Positions 8,425 through 19,016 of a stretch of DNA of 64,000 nucleotides are shown in pieces (position 1 is the stretch's first letter; each line of letters opens with the position of its first letter). Origin of the DNA: Verrucomicrobiota bacterium. Its GTDB lineage: Bacteria > Verrucomicrobiota > Verrucomicrobiia > Limisphaerales > AAA164-E04. The translations under genes were made by a program, and so were the position numbers. A model generated the notes under the pieces. The model did not search any database, was not told where the DNA came from, and saw nothing but the letters and a program-made list of their open reading frames with translations. The stretch spans positions 64,001 to 128,000 of the forward strand of contig CP170459.1 in the NCBI GenBank assembly GCA_047947115.1, written 5' to 3'.

Positions 8425-10533
8425 ATGGCTTCATTTAGCGCAAAGGTTTACGCCTTATATTTTCAATGCATGGTTCATTGCTGCAAAAAGAAACGAACAG
8501 CCCTTTTCTTGCACCTGCTGGTATTTGGCCAACTGTTGCACGGCCAAACTGTGGGTTTCGAACAGGCCAAACCTGGACCATTCAACAGATTGGAAACTGC
8601 TTTAGGCATATGGGAAAAAGAAACGGGCCTGTCTAAAATCGATGATCAACACGCCAAGATGGGAAGGCAATGCCTTCAACTCCAGGGAGGGACTCAAACA
8701 AGTATCACACTCGATCTGGCCGATGACATCAAAAAACCCGGAGACCTGACCTTCTGGGCCGAACGATGGACCGCTCGGAAACCGTTTACGTTCCGCATTG
8801 AAAAGAAATCCGGCAATGAATGGGAAGAAATCTACAACGGCGACGATCAAATCCTCGTCGGCGGAGCCTTTCTTTCCCAAATTTCCGTGCATCTTGACGA
8901 TGCCAACATCAAGCGCCTGAGATTTTCAGTAAGTAGCCCGCCCAATACCGGTGTGCTGATCGATGATGTCCGATTCGTACCGGCCCGCCCGCAAAAAATC
9001 GTGAACATTCAATCTGTCCCATTCACATTACCTGCTCTGGTGGGAGTCAACGCGAGTCCTTTGCTGAAAGTTAAAATAGAAACGGAAGGCAGCCTAAATC
9101 CAATTTCTCTAACAGAAGTCCAAGCAACGCTGATCTGCAGGGAAGGCGATGTGGAATCTGCATGGGCATACTTCGGCGGCCCGAATGACGTTTTCACAAC
9201 TGATACAACATTTGGCAAACGGATGAATGTCGGCGTGTTATCGGATACACCACTGACATTCTCGGGCAGGCAAACACTGCAGAGTGGAGAAAACTACGTT
9301 TGGATTGCATGCAAGCTTAGAAATCATGCCAATATCGATCATCATGTGGGAGCAAAGATCACCAGCATATCAACATCCAATGGCCCGATCGTATTAAAAT
9401 CCAATCCCCCCTCCATGCAGAGAATGGGCGTTGCAGTGCGTCATGGTGGAGATGAAGGCATCCACACTTTTCGTATCCCGGGCTTGGCAACCACCAACGA
9501 CGGCACCTTGATCGGAGTCTACGATATACGAAGACGAAGCGACGGCGACCTTCCGGGTGACATCGATGTCGGCATGTCCCGCTCAGCAGACGGCGGCGGG
9601 ACATGGGAGCCCATGAAAAAAATCATGGATATGGGAGCTGATCCCGATTGGCGCTACGACGGCATCGGTGATCCCGCAGTGCTTGTTGACCGAAACACGG
9701 GCACCATTTGGGTGGCGGCAACCTGGAGTCATGGGAATCGGTCATGGGTGGGTTCCGGCCCCGGTCTGGAACCTGAAGAAACAGGCCAACTCATGCTGGT
9801 GCGCAGTGATGATGATGGCTTAACGTGGTCAAAACCCATCAACATCACGAAACAAATAAAAAGACCTGAATGGAGCTTTATCCTGCAAGGGCCAGGCAAA
9901 GGTATCACCATGCAGGATGGAACCATTGTGTTTGCCGCACAATACCAGGATCCACCCAGTCCCAATAACAAGACCGCTCATCGCCTACCGCATTCCACCA
10001 TCCTCTATTCAAAAGATCATGGCAAAACCTGGCAGCTGGGCACCGGAGCTTTTGATGACACAACGGAAGCACAGGTTGTTGAAATACAACCCGGCTTACT
10101 CATGCTGAACTGTCGATACAACCGCGGTTCGGTGCGAGTGGTCATGACCACAGAGGATATGGGGCTCACCTGGAAAAAACACCCGACCTCAGAGCGCGCC
10201 CTGATCGAACCACGTTCCTGTATGGCAAGCCTGATTCATGTGGATCGGGAAATGGGAATGAAACCGGGCAATCGCTTGTTATTTTCAAATCCCGACAGCA
10301 CCAGCGGCAGGCACCACATGACTATCAAAGCATCCATGGATCACGGTTTCACCTGGCCAACAGAGAATCGTCTACTGCTCGATGAAGGCATTGGTGCCGG
10401 CTATTCCTGTATGACCATGATCGATGAGCATACGGTCGGCATTCTTTATGAAGGCAGCCAAGCCCACATGACGTTTCAAAGGATTGCCCTGACAGATATT
10501 GTCAATGAACCAGCCCTCAACAAACAGAAATAA
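8425..10533 (+). CDS. Exo-alpha-sialidase (GH33) with N-terminal accessory domains
   Basis: FRIP motif and five Asp-boxes (SADGGGTW, SDDDGLTW, SKDHGKTW, TEDMGLTW, SMDHGFTW); GYSCM...GILYE. Confidence 0.92.
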   Translation: MASFSAKVYALYFQCMVHCCKKKRTALFLHLLVFGQLLHGQTVGFEQAKPGPFNRLETALGIWEKETGLSKIDDQHAKMGRQCLQLQGGTQTSITLDLADDIKKPGDLTFWAERWTARKPFTFRIEKKSGNEWEEIYNGDDQILVGGAFLSQISVHLDDANIKRLRFSVSSPPNTGVLIDDVRFVPARPQKIVNIQSVPFTLPALVGVNASPLLKVKIETEGSLNPISLTEVQATLICREGDVESAWAYFGGPNDVFTTDTTFGKRMNVGVLSDTPLTFSGRQTLQSGENYVWIACKLRNHANIDHHVGAKITSISTSNGPIVLKSNPPSMQRMGVAVRHGGDEGIHTFRIPGLATTNDGTLIGVYDIRRRSDGDLPGDIDVGMSRSADGGGTWEPMKKIMDMGADPDWRYDGIGDPAVLVDRNTGTIWVAATWSHGNRSWVGSGPGLEPEETGQLMLVRSDDDGLTWSKPINITKQIKRPEWSFILQGPGKGITMQDGTIVFAAQYQDPPSPNNKTAHRLPHSTILYSKDHGKTWQLGTGAFDDTTEAQVVEIQPGLLMLNCRYNRGSVRVVMTTEDMGLTWKKHPTSERALIEPRSCMASLIHVDREMGMKPGNRLLFSNPDSTSGRHHMTIKASMDHGFTWPTENRLLLDEGIGAGYSCMTMIDEHTVGILYEGSQAHMTFQRIALTDIVNEPALNKQK

Positions 10534-10567
10534 ACCCACAGGATTGGAAAGCCAAACATTTCTCAAA

Positions 10568-10669
10568 TCACACAAGGCCACCAAGGCCCCAAATAAAGCT
10601 TCTTTTCCACATTTAGCCCAGCCCCTCCAAAAAAACTTTGTGTCCTCGTGCCTTCATGTCATTGTGCGA
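10568..10669. repeat. Degenerate inverted pair of REP-like repeats between convergent genes
   Basis: TCACACAAGGCCACCAAGGCCCCAAA faces CTTTGTGTCCTCGTGCCTTCATGTCATTGTGCGA. The right arm overlaps the desaturase stop codon. Confidence 0.4.
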
Positions 10670-11652
10670 TACATGCGTTTTCGACGTTTCATTGTTCTGC
10701 GAGTGGCTTCTTCGGAACCATCGTGATCCGAGCCAAACCAGACATCCCAGGGAGCGTCCACGGTTCCGTAATTGCATTCGAAATAACGATGATGTAACTG
10801 ATGATGAAAATCAGCTGAATCAATCAAGCCCACATCCTTGGCCAATAACTTTTCAAATCCGGAGTGGGAAAACGCCGGCCCCAAGCATCGGCTGTAAATA
10901 TGAAGTAAAAAGATGACGGGATGCGAAGGAACCACCCAATGAATCAGCACGGAGGACATATAAATAATCTGCTCGACCGGATGCATCGACATACCTGACC
11001 AAGGACCGATATGAATGTTGCGATGATGCAAACGATGGATACTTTTATAGAGGGGCGGCCAATGTAACAAGCGATGGATCAGATAAAAATGGGAAGAGGT
11101 CAAGATGGGAAGCACGAGCAACCAGGCCACAAATGCAACAGGTTGATCTCCCATACCAAAGGTTGGAACATGCCCCCTGGCGAACGCATGAAGATAAGCA
11201 ACTTCGTAAATGGACCAAATGGTGGTGCCACCCGCCAACGACCAAAATGCATTGTCCCAAACCTGGTTACGGAAGGTAAATTGCTTTCCTTTCTCAAGCT
11301 GCTCTCGATGATCGTACTTGAGCCGGCTGCCCTGAGCTCGAAACGAAAACAAATACAAGTGAAGACCACCTGCAACCGACATCATGAGTATATAGTTTCG
11401 CAAGAACAATGGCAGAACCCAATCACTGGAAAGTGTCTGCATGACAGCCAGGTCGGGTAAGCAGCATCGGCAGACAAAGATAGCCAACAGCAGAAAGAGG
11501 ACATTACGCGAAAGCGTGACCCACCGTTTGGTCAGGGCGACAAAAATGTCTCTCGGCTTTGGAGGCCACGAAAACAAGGGGGAAAAAACAACCGGAGTCT
11601 GGTGATTCCATGGTTCCCTCCCTGATGAAACCTTTTTATCAATGACCGGCAT
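10654..11652 (-). CDS. Sterol desaturase / fatty-acid hydroxylase family protein
   Basis: His boxes HRLLH, HRLHH, HSGF, HQLHH and several TM segments. Confidence 0.9.
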   Translation of the reverse strand: MPVIDKKVSSGREPWNHQTPVVFSPLFSWPPKPRDIFVALTKRWVTLSRNVLFLLLAIFVCRCCLPDLAVMQTLSSDWVLPLFLRNYILMMSVAGGLHLYLFSFRAQGSRLKYDHREQLEKGKQFTFRNQVWDNAFWSLAGGTTIWSIYEVAYLHAFARGHVPTFGMGDQPVAFVAWLLVLPILTSSHFYLIHRLLHWPPLYKSIHRLHHRNIHIGPWSGMSMHPVEQIIYMSSVLIHWVVPSHPVIFLLHIYSRCLGPAFSHSGFEKLLAKDVGLIDSADFHHQLHHRYFECNYGTVDAPWDVWFGSDHDGSEEATRRTMKRRKRMYRTMT

Positions 11653-11836
11653 GCGATTGAGTTTAAATGAATCCTGGCAGCGATTTCGACAACATTTTAA
11701 CGGTCAAAAGAGAGGGCGATGCCATGTTGCGACTTGGAGAATAGCCAAAGCTTTGATAGGATAATGATTGAAACTGAGAGAAGACGTCTTCCAAAGCACT
11801 TGGAGTTAAGAGCAAGCATGATAAAACAGGAAAACA

Positions 11837-12541
11837 ATGATGAGCATTCATTCCAATCAAACAGATGATCTTTTGTCACCCGAACAAATCACGGAATTAA
11901 AGGCGGGCATCGAGCAGCATTTCAAAGAATCCAATTATCACGTGTATTTCACGCCCATTGAAGGGAGTCCGGTGAGGACCCATGACTTTCAGTTTCACCT
12001 TTGCAGGAAACTGACGGATGGAAGACATTGGATGTCCCAATGCCCCATTTTCATCAACCTCCAAATGTATGCCCAACTTCTGCAAACTGGAAAATTTGCC
12101 TGCTTTTTGGAAACCATGGAAGAAATGATGTTTGGAGTTGGGCAATACAACCAAAAGCTGTCTCACATTATCTTCGATTCCATCTTCAATGGAAAAAGCG
12201 AGCAATGGATCAATGAATATAAAACCAAAGCGATGCCGGCATTGGATTACTCCTATTTGGTCCTACATGATGATTTGGATAAAATCCACAGCGTTGCCGA
12301 GATCGAAACTTACAACGCCCGTTTGAAAGACTTTTTTCTGAGTATGTTCGGTATGCAACACATCAACCTGCATCAACCCGCTACGGATACTTATTTAAAA
12401 GACATCGCCATAGAGTTCCCAATAAACCAGACGATGCAAGGGTTCTCATACAGAGAGTTTGTCGGCATGATGTTGGAGAAGGAGGTCTTTCACAAATGGA
12501 TATTGAACACCCTAAACAGTTCGATTGCCAATGCATCGTGA
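11837..12541 (+). CDS. Hypothetical protein
   Basis: 234-aa ORF with AGGA upstream; AT-richer than its neighbours; no recognised motif. Confidence 0.65.
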   Translation: MMSIHSNQTDDLLSPEQITELKAGIEQHFKESNYHVYFTPIEGSPVRTHDFQFHLCRKLTDGRHWMSQCPIFINLQMYAQLLQTGKFACFLETMEEMMFGVGQYNQKLSHIIFDSIFNGKSEQWINEYKTKAMPALDYSYLVLHDDLDKIHSVAEIETYNARLKDFFLSMFGMQHINLHQPATDTYLKDIAIEFPINQTMQGFSYREFVGMMLEKEVFHKWILNTLNSSIANAS

Positions 12542-12560
12542 CAGCATCGGTTGACTGAGC

Positions 12561-14471
12561 TTATTCAATGGTGAGCAAATCAACGGTGACAACCGCGTAT
12601 GGAGGCAACAACAAATTAAGAACACCATTTGGAATGACAAATTCCTCCGACGAGGCTTGAAAGACATCCGGTTCGGCCATCGCTTGTTGGACAGTGTCCG
12701 GTTCCAATACGCGCACACTCACGCACAGGCACTCAAGTTGAATGTCGATCTCCTTCGTTTCGGATGTCAGGTTAGCCATGAGCACGCGCTGCTGTTCGCC
12801 TTGACTCAACAGAAGGCAGGACATTTCTCCGGCTTCCTCGACATCCACCAACGACACTTCGGAATAACCCGCCAAGTCGCGGAAGACATGGTAGACAGGA
12901 AAGACACCTCCGGGAATGGATTTGAAAATGGATGGATACTGAGATCCCGATGCATGCTCCATGATGCCCTGACTTCCTATCGTCTCAAAAAAAGTCGCGC
13001 TGTGTACCTGGGGATGAGTCAGCAGATTCGCAAAGCTACCCACTGTCCATGCAGCGGTGAATAGTGAGGATTGTCTGAGATCCACCTTTGACGGCAATTC
13101 ACCTGCGCCAACCGGCCTGTCCTTGCCGATTGCATTCGGATTGAAACGCGGTTTCAAGGTGACGGGAGAAACAACTGCAGGTCTGCCAAATAATTTCCAT
13201 GCGCTCTCGACCGTGGATGATTGCACCTCCAGTGTTTCGATCAAAGACATGTCGTCAAATGCATGGACTTGAGGATTCACGGAATAACAGGGAAAGGCGT
13301 GCTCTCCGACACAATCTGGGTTGCGGTTCAGTTCGGCAAAATTAGCATCCGTTCCAGCTGCAAGAGGAATCTCAAGACCCACGTGTTCCATGATGGACTT
13401 AGCCTGTTCGAAGAAAGATGGATCAGTGGTGGCCTGGGTTTCATTGAAAATTTGGATCAATGTTATAGACACATCCTCTGCCTTCAGGTATTCGACAAAA
13501 GCCTGAAACTCCTCACCTGCTCGCTCCCCCAGGTGGACAGCCAGGTGCAGTTTGGTACCAAATTCTGCGCCGAGCTGGGAAGACATGAGCACCTGTTCCT
13601 TCCAATCACGTCGCGAAGGATACACGGGCATGCAAAGGTGATTCATTCTAATCGCCCTTAATCTTTCAATGGCAGCCTCATCATGTAAGAAAATAGGCGT
13701 TGCCAATCCCAATCCCACACGCAAGGCCACAGGTTTCGAAGCCATACCGGTATCCAACTCAATTTTTTGGGCATCCGAGGATTCTACCGAAAGGACACTT
13801 GCATCTCCATGAATCTTGATTTGGATACATTGATTTACTTTTTCACCACGACGCATCTTGACCGGAGACGGCATTTCGAGTGGCGTGCTGTATGTTTTGA
13901 ATGAGGCATCTGTCCAATTACGTTGATCCTCCATTTCAAAAACGTCTCCTTCAAATGTTACTTCCGTCTCGATTCCAGGGGCAATGGCATGCCCGATCAT
14001 ACTGATGTCCTTGAAAGGCTGGTGTGGAGAAATGTGGGTGGGGAAGTTGGATTGAGTTTCGGAACCATCAGTGTGTTTCACTCGGCAAGGTTTGCCGGCA
14101 CACTCGGCAACCGGATGAAGCAGGCACAATCCTATACGGTTTTTGAAAAACTTCGCTTGAGCGATTCCATCAAAGTCGAACCGAACCGCTCCATTTTTGT
14201 CACCGGTCAGTTTCCCGATCCACTCAAAATGGACATCACCGGATTGACAAACTGCTTTGAAAGCAATCTGAAAATTGTCCGATTCAATTCTTTGTTCCAG
14301 CATGGAAATGCGCGGTTGGACCGTATCCCAATTCTGATCACGCACCGCGCCGAAGATAGCGCGAATCAGCTCATGCCTCCCCAATCGAATCCGTCGAATC
14401 CATCCTGTTTCAGGATCAAATAACATCTCCAAAGGTCCGGCAGATAATGTGAGTAGCTTCTGTCTTTTCAT
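12561..14471 (-). CDS. D-apionate lactonase (ApnL)-like protein
   Basis: AGPL...VRDQNW, NRIGLCLLHP, FEMEDQRNWTDASFKTY, FAELNR, NPQVHAFDD motifs. TTGACA upstream at 14512-14507. Confidence 0.65.
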   Translation of the reverse strand: MKRQKLLTLSAGPLEMLFDPETGWIRRIRLGRHELIRAIFGAVRDQNWDTVQPRISMLEQRIESDNFQIAFKAVCQSGDVHFEWIGKLTGDKNGAVRFDFDGIAQAKFFKNRIGLCLLHPVAECAGKPCRVKHTDGSETQSNFPTHISPHQPFKDISMIGHAIAPGIETEVTFEGDVFEMEDQRNWTDASFKTYSTPLEMPSPVKMRRGEKVNQCIQIKIHGDASVLSVESSDAQKIELDTGMASKPVALRVGLGLATPIFLHDEAAIERLRAIRMNHLCMPVYPSRRDWKEQVLMSSQLGAEFGTKLHLAVHLGERAGEEFQAFVEYLKAEDVSITLIQIFNETQATTDPSFFEQAKSIMEHVGLEIPLAAGTDANFAELNRNPDCVGEHAFPCYSVNPQVHAFDDMSLIETLEVQSSTVESAWKLFGRPAVVSPVTLKPRFNPNAIGKDRPVGAGELPSKVDLRQSSLFTAAWTVGSFANLLTHPQVHSATFFETIGSQGIMEHASGSQYPSIFKSIPGGVFPVYHVFRDLAGYSEVSLVDVEEAGEMSCLLLSQGEQQRVLMANLTSETKEIDIQLECLCVSVRVLEPDTVQQAMAEPDVFQASSEEFVIPNGVLNLLLPPYAVVTVDLLTIE

Positions 14472-15016
14472 CTAGGTGCTGGAACACAGTGACTCCATTC
14501 GCGGACTTGTCAACTGATCAATATATGGGCGACTCATGAATTTGATGGCCACGGGTTTTTGAGATACTCAAACAAAGGACGATCATGACCATCTATGAGT
14601 CCCATCGTCCACCTTTTGGTCCGCCATGTCTAAAAGGACAAAATGAGGGACCGGGTTCAATCGGCTCCTCAAAGTTCAAGAGTCGACCGTATGGAAAAGG
14701 TCGCAACAGCAAAAGTGCCCGAACCTGTTGCATCGACAGCCAAAACGGATCCAGCTGGATAAGCGATTACACACCGGGCGGAAAAATGGCGGCGTTTCCA
14801 TTGCAGCGCAATGGCAATTCGAACGTCTGAGGTTTGAAGAGAATAAAGGCGGATTTTCTTCCTTGCCAAACAAAGTCTCAAAAATCCACACACGTGGAAA
14901 TTACCAAAAAGAATCGATCGCTTTCCCAGCCAATGAGTGTAGAGTTGACCTGGCACACATAACCAAACCACCATGATACATACATCGATTCAGATCACGA
15001 GACGAAGGGGCGTTCA

Positions 15017-15259
15017 ATGTTAGCGGAAAATAACAAAGTCAGCCGAATGGCGGTCATGATCGTCGGAATCATTTTTGTCGTCATCGGTTTCGTTGGCGAT
15101 AAACCAATGGAAAACCGAATACTCACCCTGGTGGTAGGAGCCATCTTTTTCGCTGCGAGCCGTTATGCCCAGGATACCTCATTTGAAGGAAGCATCGTTC
15201 TTGATGATGAGAATCGCGAACATGATCAGGAATCGGAAAGCAAATCAAAATCCAACTGA
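15017..15259 (+). CDS. Small two-TM membrane protein
   Basis: Two hydrophobic helices and a charged tail; GAAGGGG upstream. Confidence 0.6.
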   Translation: MLAENNKVSRMAVMIVGIIFVVIGFVGDKPMENRILTLVVGAIFFAASRYAQDTSFEGSIVLDDENREHDQESESKSKSN

Positions 15260-15571
15260 TCAATCGCTGTTTGGAGAACAAACGTCACCGCATGCTGCAT
15301 CCTTCTCTGATTCAAGCAAGCCAAAGGCCACACGAGCCGTCGCAGCGGTGACCCCACTGTTCACCGCTGCGGTCACAGCTACCAAAGCGTTCAGTTCGTC
15401 ATCTGAGATTCCAACATTGCGAGCCTTCTCAACACGGTTTCGTGTGCAGACCTGGCAGCCGCGGGTCATCGTTACAGCCAACCCGACAAGGTGCTTTTCC
15501 CGCTCGCTGAGCAAGTTCGTGCTATGGGTTGCTTGAATGTGGTCTACTATCAATGTGTCGTCGTATGCCAT
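15260..15571 (-). CDS. Carboxymuconolactone decarboxylase / AhpD-like protein
   Basis: LSEREKHLVGLAV...GCQVC...A...G.S.DEL pattern with CxxC. Confidence 0.8.
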   Translation of the reverse strand: MAYDDTLIVDHIQATHSTNLLSEREKHLVGLAVTMTRGCQVCTRNRVEKARNVGISDDELNALVAVTAAVNSGVTAATARVAFGLLESEKDAACGDVCSPNSD

Positions 15572-15693
15572 GTCATCTGATTTTTGGTTGATTCAAATGG
15601 ATATCCAAGGGATCGCAGGAAGTGTCGAGGTAATCCAACGATAATCAAAGTTCTTTTTTTACACTTTGATTTTGGAAAATGTCTTCTACTCCG

Positions 15694-15712
15694 AATCTGC
15701 AATTGGCAGATT
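15694..15712. promoter_or_regulatory. Palindromic candidate operator between divergent genes
   Basis: AATCTGC-AATTG-GCAGATT, followed by a third half-site AATCTG at 15715. Confidence 0.35.
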
Positions 15713-15726
15713 ACAATCTGTAAAAC

Positions 15727-16095
15727 ATGAATCCCTTACGCTTCATCCTGTCCTTGTGGATCGTGGGCAGCATTCTGGCCGCATGCTGCCTGGCCAAGAG
15801 CGCGGATTTTCATGAATGGCTCCATGACGGTGCAGGCTTTTGTCATGTGAAAGATGCCCATTGCCCCGATATAGGAAATGTGGGGCATCATCGTGAAGGA
15901 GAAAGTACTGAAGAACATCCGCATGGCTTGCTGACACTCATGGCGGGCGCCGCGATGGATAACCTTTGGACACCTCCACTCGTTCCAAACAACCCTGAAT
16001 CACATTGGTTATAAGTTGTTGAACATCGGAACGCTTCACCTGTCTCGGATTTCCTCGCCTCCCCTCTTGGTTGCTCTCCACCGGCCTTTAGCTGA
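15727..16095 (+). pseudogene. His/Cys-rich DUF2946-like leader protein with an internal stop
   Basis: Signal/TM segment and His-rich middle. The frame continues past TAA 16012-16014 to ...PLGCSPPAFS*, resembling the R-x-P-P terminus. Confidence 0.5.
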
Positions 16096-16216
16096 CACTC
16101 CAGTATTGTTTCCTCCAATTCCTGATCGAATGCCAAGTGCGCTTTTACCGTCTGATCACGCGCTCAAATCGAATGAAAAAGCCGCGCTGAAAAAATTTTC
16201 AAAAAATCGCTTGAAA

Positions 16217-16231
16217 TGAGACTGAGTCTCA
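16217..16231. promoter_or_regulatory. Fur-family-like 7-1-7 operator
   Basis: Perfect TGAGACT-G-AGTCTCA directly after a TTGAAA -35-like hexamer and 17 nt before ATG 16249. Confidence 0.6.
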
Positions 16232-16248
16232 GTTTCATTGTAAATGTT

Positions 16249-17112
16249 ATGGGCAATAAGCAAAATCGTCATCAAGGTTTTACTCTCATCGAATTATTGG
16301 TCGTCATTGCCATCATCGCCATCCTGGCCGGGATGTTGATGCCCGCGTTGGGACGCGCAAAAGTAGCAGCTAAATCCATATCCAGCTTAAACAATCTTCG
16401 TCAACTGGGTCTGGGCTTACAACTTTACACAGCGGATTATGATGGATTCTTTCCAAAACATTCCTCTTTGAAATCGGAAACAACCGCCTTAGGCAGACCC
16501 AGAACGCGTTGGGCAGATTACATCTATCCGTTCATGCAAAACGAAAACGTCTACCGCAGCCCCAACCTGAGCAAAGAGGAACGTCCTAATATGAGCAAGC
16601 CCTTTGCCCATGCACTTCTGGAGGGGCGGGAATCGCTGTACGGCGGGTATGGCTACAACTACCAATACCTGGGCAATGCCCGCCGCCCCACTGAAGGCGA
16701 CCGCCCGTTTCACGCCAAGGACACAGCCATTCAGGCACCTTCTCAGACAGTGGCTATAGGCGACACCAAAGGCGCGCAAATGGGGGATCCGGAAAATCCA
16801 TATGGATTTGGAGGCTCCGGGGTTTATGTAATCGATCCGCCTTTAGGATCCTTTGGCATGGGTTCCAAAGGCAGCCGCAAAACCTCCGGAGGCCCTGGTG
16901 ACGGCAACGCCTATTACGAAGGAGGCACGGACGGCTCCCATGCGCATCGATCCACGCCGGCAGCACGTAATGGAGGCAAGGTCAACATGACTTTCGTGGA
17001 CGGTCATTCCGAAGCCATCACACCTGAATCACTGGATGGATTGAGATCTGACGGAAGCGGAACGCCCAACAACGCTCTGTGGAACGGCATCAACGATCCA
17101 CGCTTCAGGTAA
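16249..17112 (+). CDS. Prepilin-type N-terminal cleavage/methylation protein (DUF1559 / H-X9-DG type)
   Basis: [25 protein letters not shown]...NNLRQLG; C-terminal ARNGGKVNMTFVDGH. Confidence 0.9.
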   Translation: MGNKQNRHQGFTLIELLVVIAIIAILAGMLMPALGRAKVAAKSISSLNNLRQLGLGLQLYTADYDGFFPKHSSLKSETTALGRPRTRWADYIYPFMQNENVYRSPNLSKEERPNMSKPFAHALLEGRESLYGGYGYNYQYLGNARRPTEGDRPFHAKDTAIQAPSQTVAIGDTKGAQMGDPENPYGFGGSGVYVIDPPLGSFGMGSKGSRKTSGGPGDGNAYYEGGTDGSHAHRSTPAARNGGKVNMTFVDGHSEAITPESLDGLRSDGSGTPNNALWNGINDPRFR

Positions 17113-17195
17113 ATAAACTGCAAGCAAGACGGTTAGGAAACCTGGAGAGCTTCCTCATAGAGGAGCGCGCCTGTTTTTTATTCAACCTTTGCGGA

Positions 17196-18668
17196 TCAGT
17201 TCAGCATCTGATTTAAACCGGATTTGACGATGGGCCGGCCGGCAACAAAAAGGTCGCGCGATTTGATGAGGGAGGCGACAACTTCCGGGACGAACACCTC
17301 CCACCCTTCTTGACGGTTTTGTATCATTTCCGCAACTTTGAGACTTTCGATTCCAAGATAGTTCGGATCGTAATCGCGAATGGCCTGGATAAACTGATTG
17401 TCATAAAGGTATTGATAAAGGTGTCGTAAGTGTGGCTCCACGAGCAGATTTCCCGCCGTGATCAACGCAGAACGTTTGGGTTCCTTCCAGGGATAAACGT
17501 ATAATTTGAGATCATTTTTAAAGAGTCGTCCGAAAGACTCAAGAATCCCGCCAGCCAAATCAGCATAATAGCGCTCATTAAAAATCTCCCTCAATGTCGG
17601 CACACCTATACTGATACCCAGCATCTTCTGCGTATGCTGGAAGAGATAGGCCGCCAGTCGATGAAAAGTCCCATAATTGGTGATGGCAACTGGATACCCC
17701 AGCGCGCTCAAACAATCAACACGATCTAGGTAGTCAGCATAATCAATCTTCAGTTGATCATGATGAGTGGTCAGATTAAATAGGGAGATTTCCTGGAGCA
17801 CCACCACATCCTCCGACTCGACTTTTGGTTCCTGAACAAACTGGGCCATGGAGCAGTCGAGCATGTCCATGGTTAGTTTAGTTACAGGACGAAAACTACC
17901 CCGCTGAACCAACACCGATTTTTTATAAAACAACTCCGAGGGTTCGACCATATCTCCTTTGGGGTTGAAAATGGCGGCATTGGCCAATCCAGTTTCGACA
18001 AGTTTCAGGCACATCAACCGATTGTCCACCCCCTCGAAGGCCGGTCCCGAAAACTCCACCACATCGACTTCCATCAATGTTTTGCCAATGTTGTCGGCCA
18101 AGGATTCAATGAGAACTTGAGGTTCCTGGTGGTGCATATAGGCTCCATATATCAGGTTGATTCCGAAAGCCCCGAGCGTTTCCTGATCCTGAAGGCTCTC
18201 CTTACCCCATAGCTGCACGTGGATAACAACTTGGGAAGGAGGAGCATTTGGAGCCGTCTGAAAACGAATTCCCAACCACCCCTGACCATTCTTCACTTTG
18301 GAATAACTTCGGGTAGTTACGGTATCGGCGAAAGCAAAAAACTGACTTTGACTACCTCGCTCGTGAGCAAGCCTTTCTTGAAGAAGTTGAAACTCGTGCT
18401 CCAACATAGTCTCCACGCGTTGCCGACTGACATAACGTTTGCAAGGGCCATAAATCGAATCACTAAAAGTCATATCGTATGCGGAAATAGTTTTCGCGAC
18501 CGTTCCCGAGGCTCCCCCCACCCTGAAAAACCAACGGGCCACTTCCTGCCCTCCACCTATTTCAGCCAAAGTGCCATACTTGCCCCGGTCCAGGTTGATG
18601 GCCAGAGCTTTTTGATGAGTGTCGGGTATCTCCTTTCGGATTGTTTGTTGTCTGGTAATTGTCTCCAT
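17196..18668 (-). CDS. Conserved protein with CinA-like N-terminus and nucleotidyltransferase-like C-terminus (nicotinate-nucleotide adenylyltransferase-like family)
   Basis: YGTLAEIGGGQEV.RWFF.VGGASGTVAKTISAYDM; RGSFRPVT; LYVYP. No beta-barrel features. Confidence 0.7.
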   Translation of the reverse strand: METITRQQTIRKEIPDTHQKALAINLDRGKYGTLAEIGGGQEVARWFFRVGGASGTVAKTISAYDMTFSDSIYGPCKRYVSRQRVETMLEHEFQLLQERLAHERGSQSQFFAFADTVTTRSYSKVKNGQGWLGIRFQTAPNAPPSQVVIHVQLWGKESLQDQETLGAFGINLIYGAYMHHQEPQVLIESLADNIGKTLMEVDVVEFSGPAFEGVDNRLMCLKLVETGLANAAIFNPKGDMVEPSELFYKKSVLVQRGSFRPVTKLTMDMLDCSMAQFVQEPKVESEDVVVLQEISLFNLTTHHDQLKIDYADYLDRVDCLSALGYPVAITNYGTFHRLAAYLFQHTQKMLGISIGVPTLREIFNERYYADLAGGILESFGRLFKNDLKLYVYPWKEPKRSALITAGNLLVEPHLRHLYQYLYDNQFIQAIRDYDPNYLGIESLKVAEMIQNRQEGWEVFVPEVVASLIKSRDLFVAGRPIVKSGLNQMLN

Positions 18669-19016
18669 GGTTGTCACATGTAAAGCCAACCTAATGTGTG
18701 TCATTCCATTTGCAAATCGAATTCAAATGTAAATTTTCCAACCCGAAGATTCTGGCCGTGATGTTGGCCCTTATGCCAAAGGAACGGATCGTATGAGAAT
18801 CGTCCCCACTCTCCTTGCACCCTCCACGCCATGGATTTATTGTTTATTACCATTTCTAAAAACTTAAACTGAAGCGATATTGGTGGGGGTATTTGATACG
18901 ACCGCATCCATCGGTGGAGCAAGGGTTCAGGGCACTAGCTTCTACTGGTGCGTAATGTTCCATTGATTCCGCGTCGCAAACGTTGCATCGTAACAGGACT
19001 GGAGAAGGGGAAGACA

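Noticed and set aside
14585..14976. Overlapping short ORFs on both strands
   Set aside because: None has a recognisable motif. It could be a decayed gene starting MWIFETLFGK on the minus strand, but this cannot be supported.
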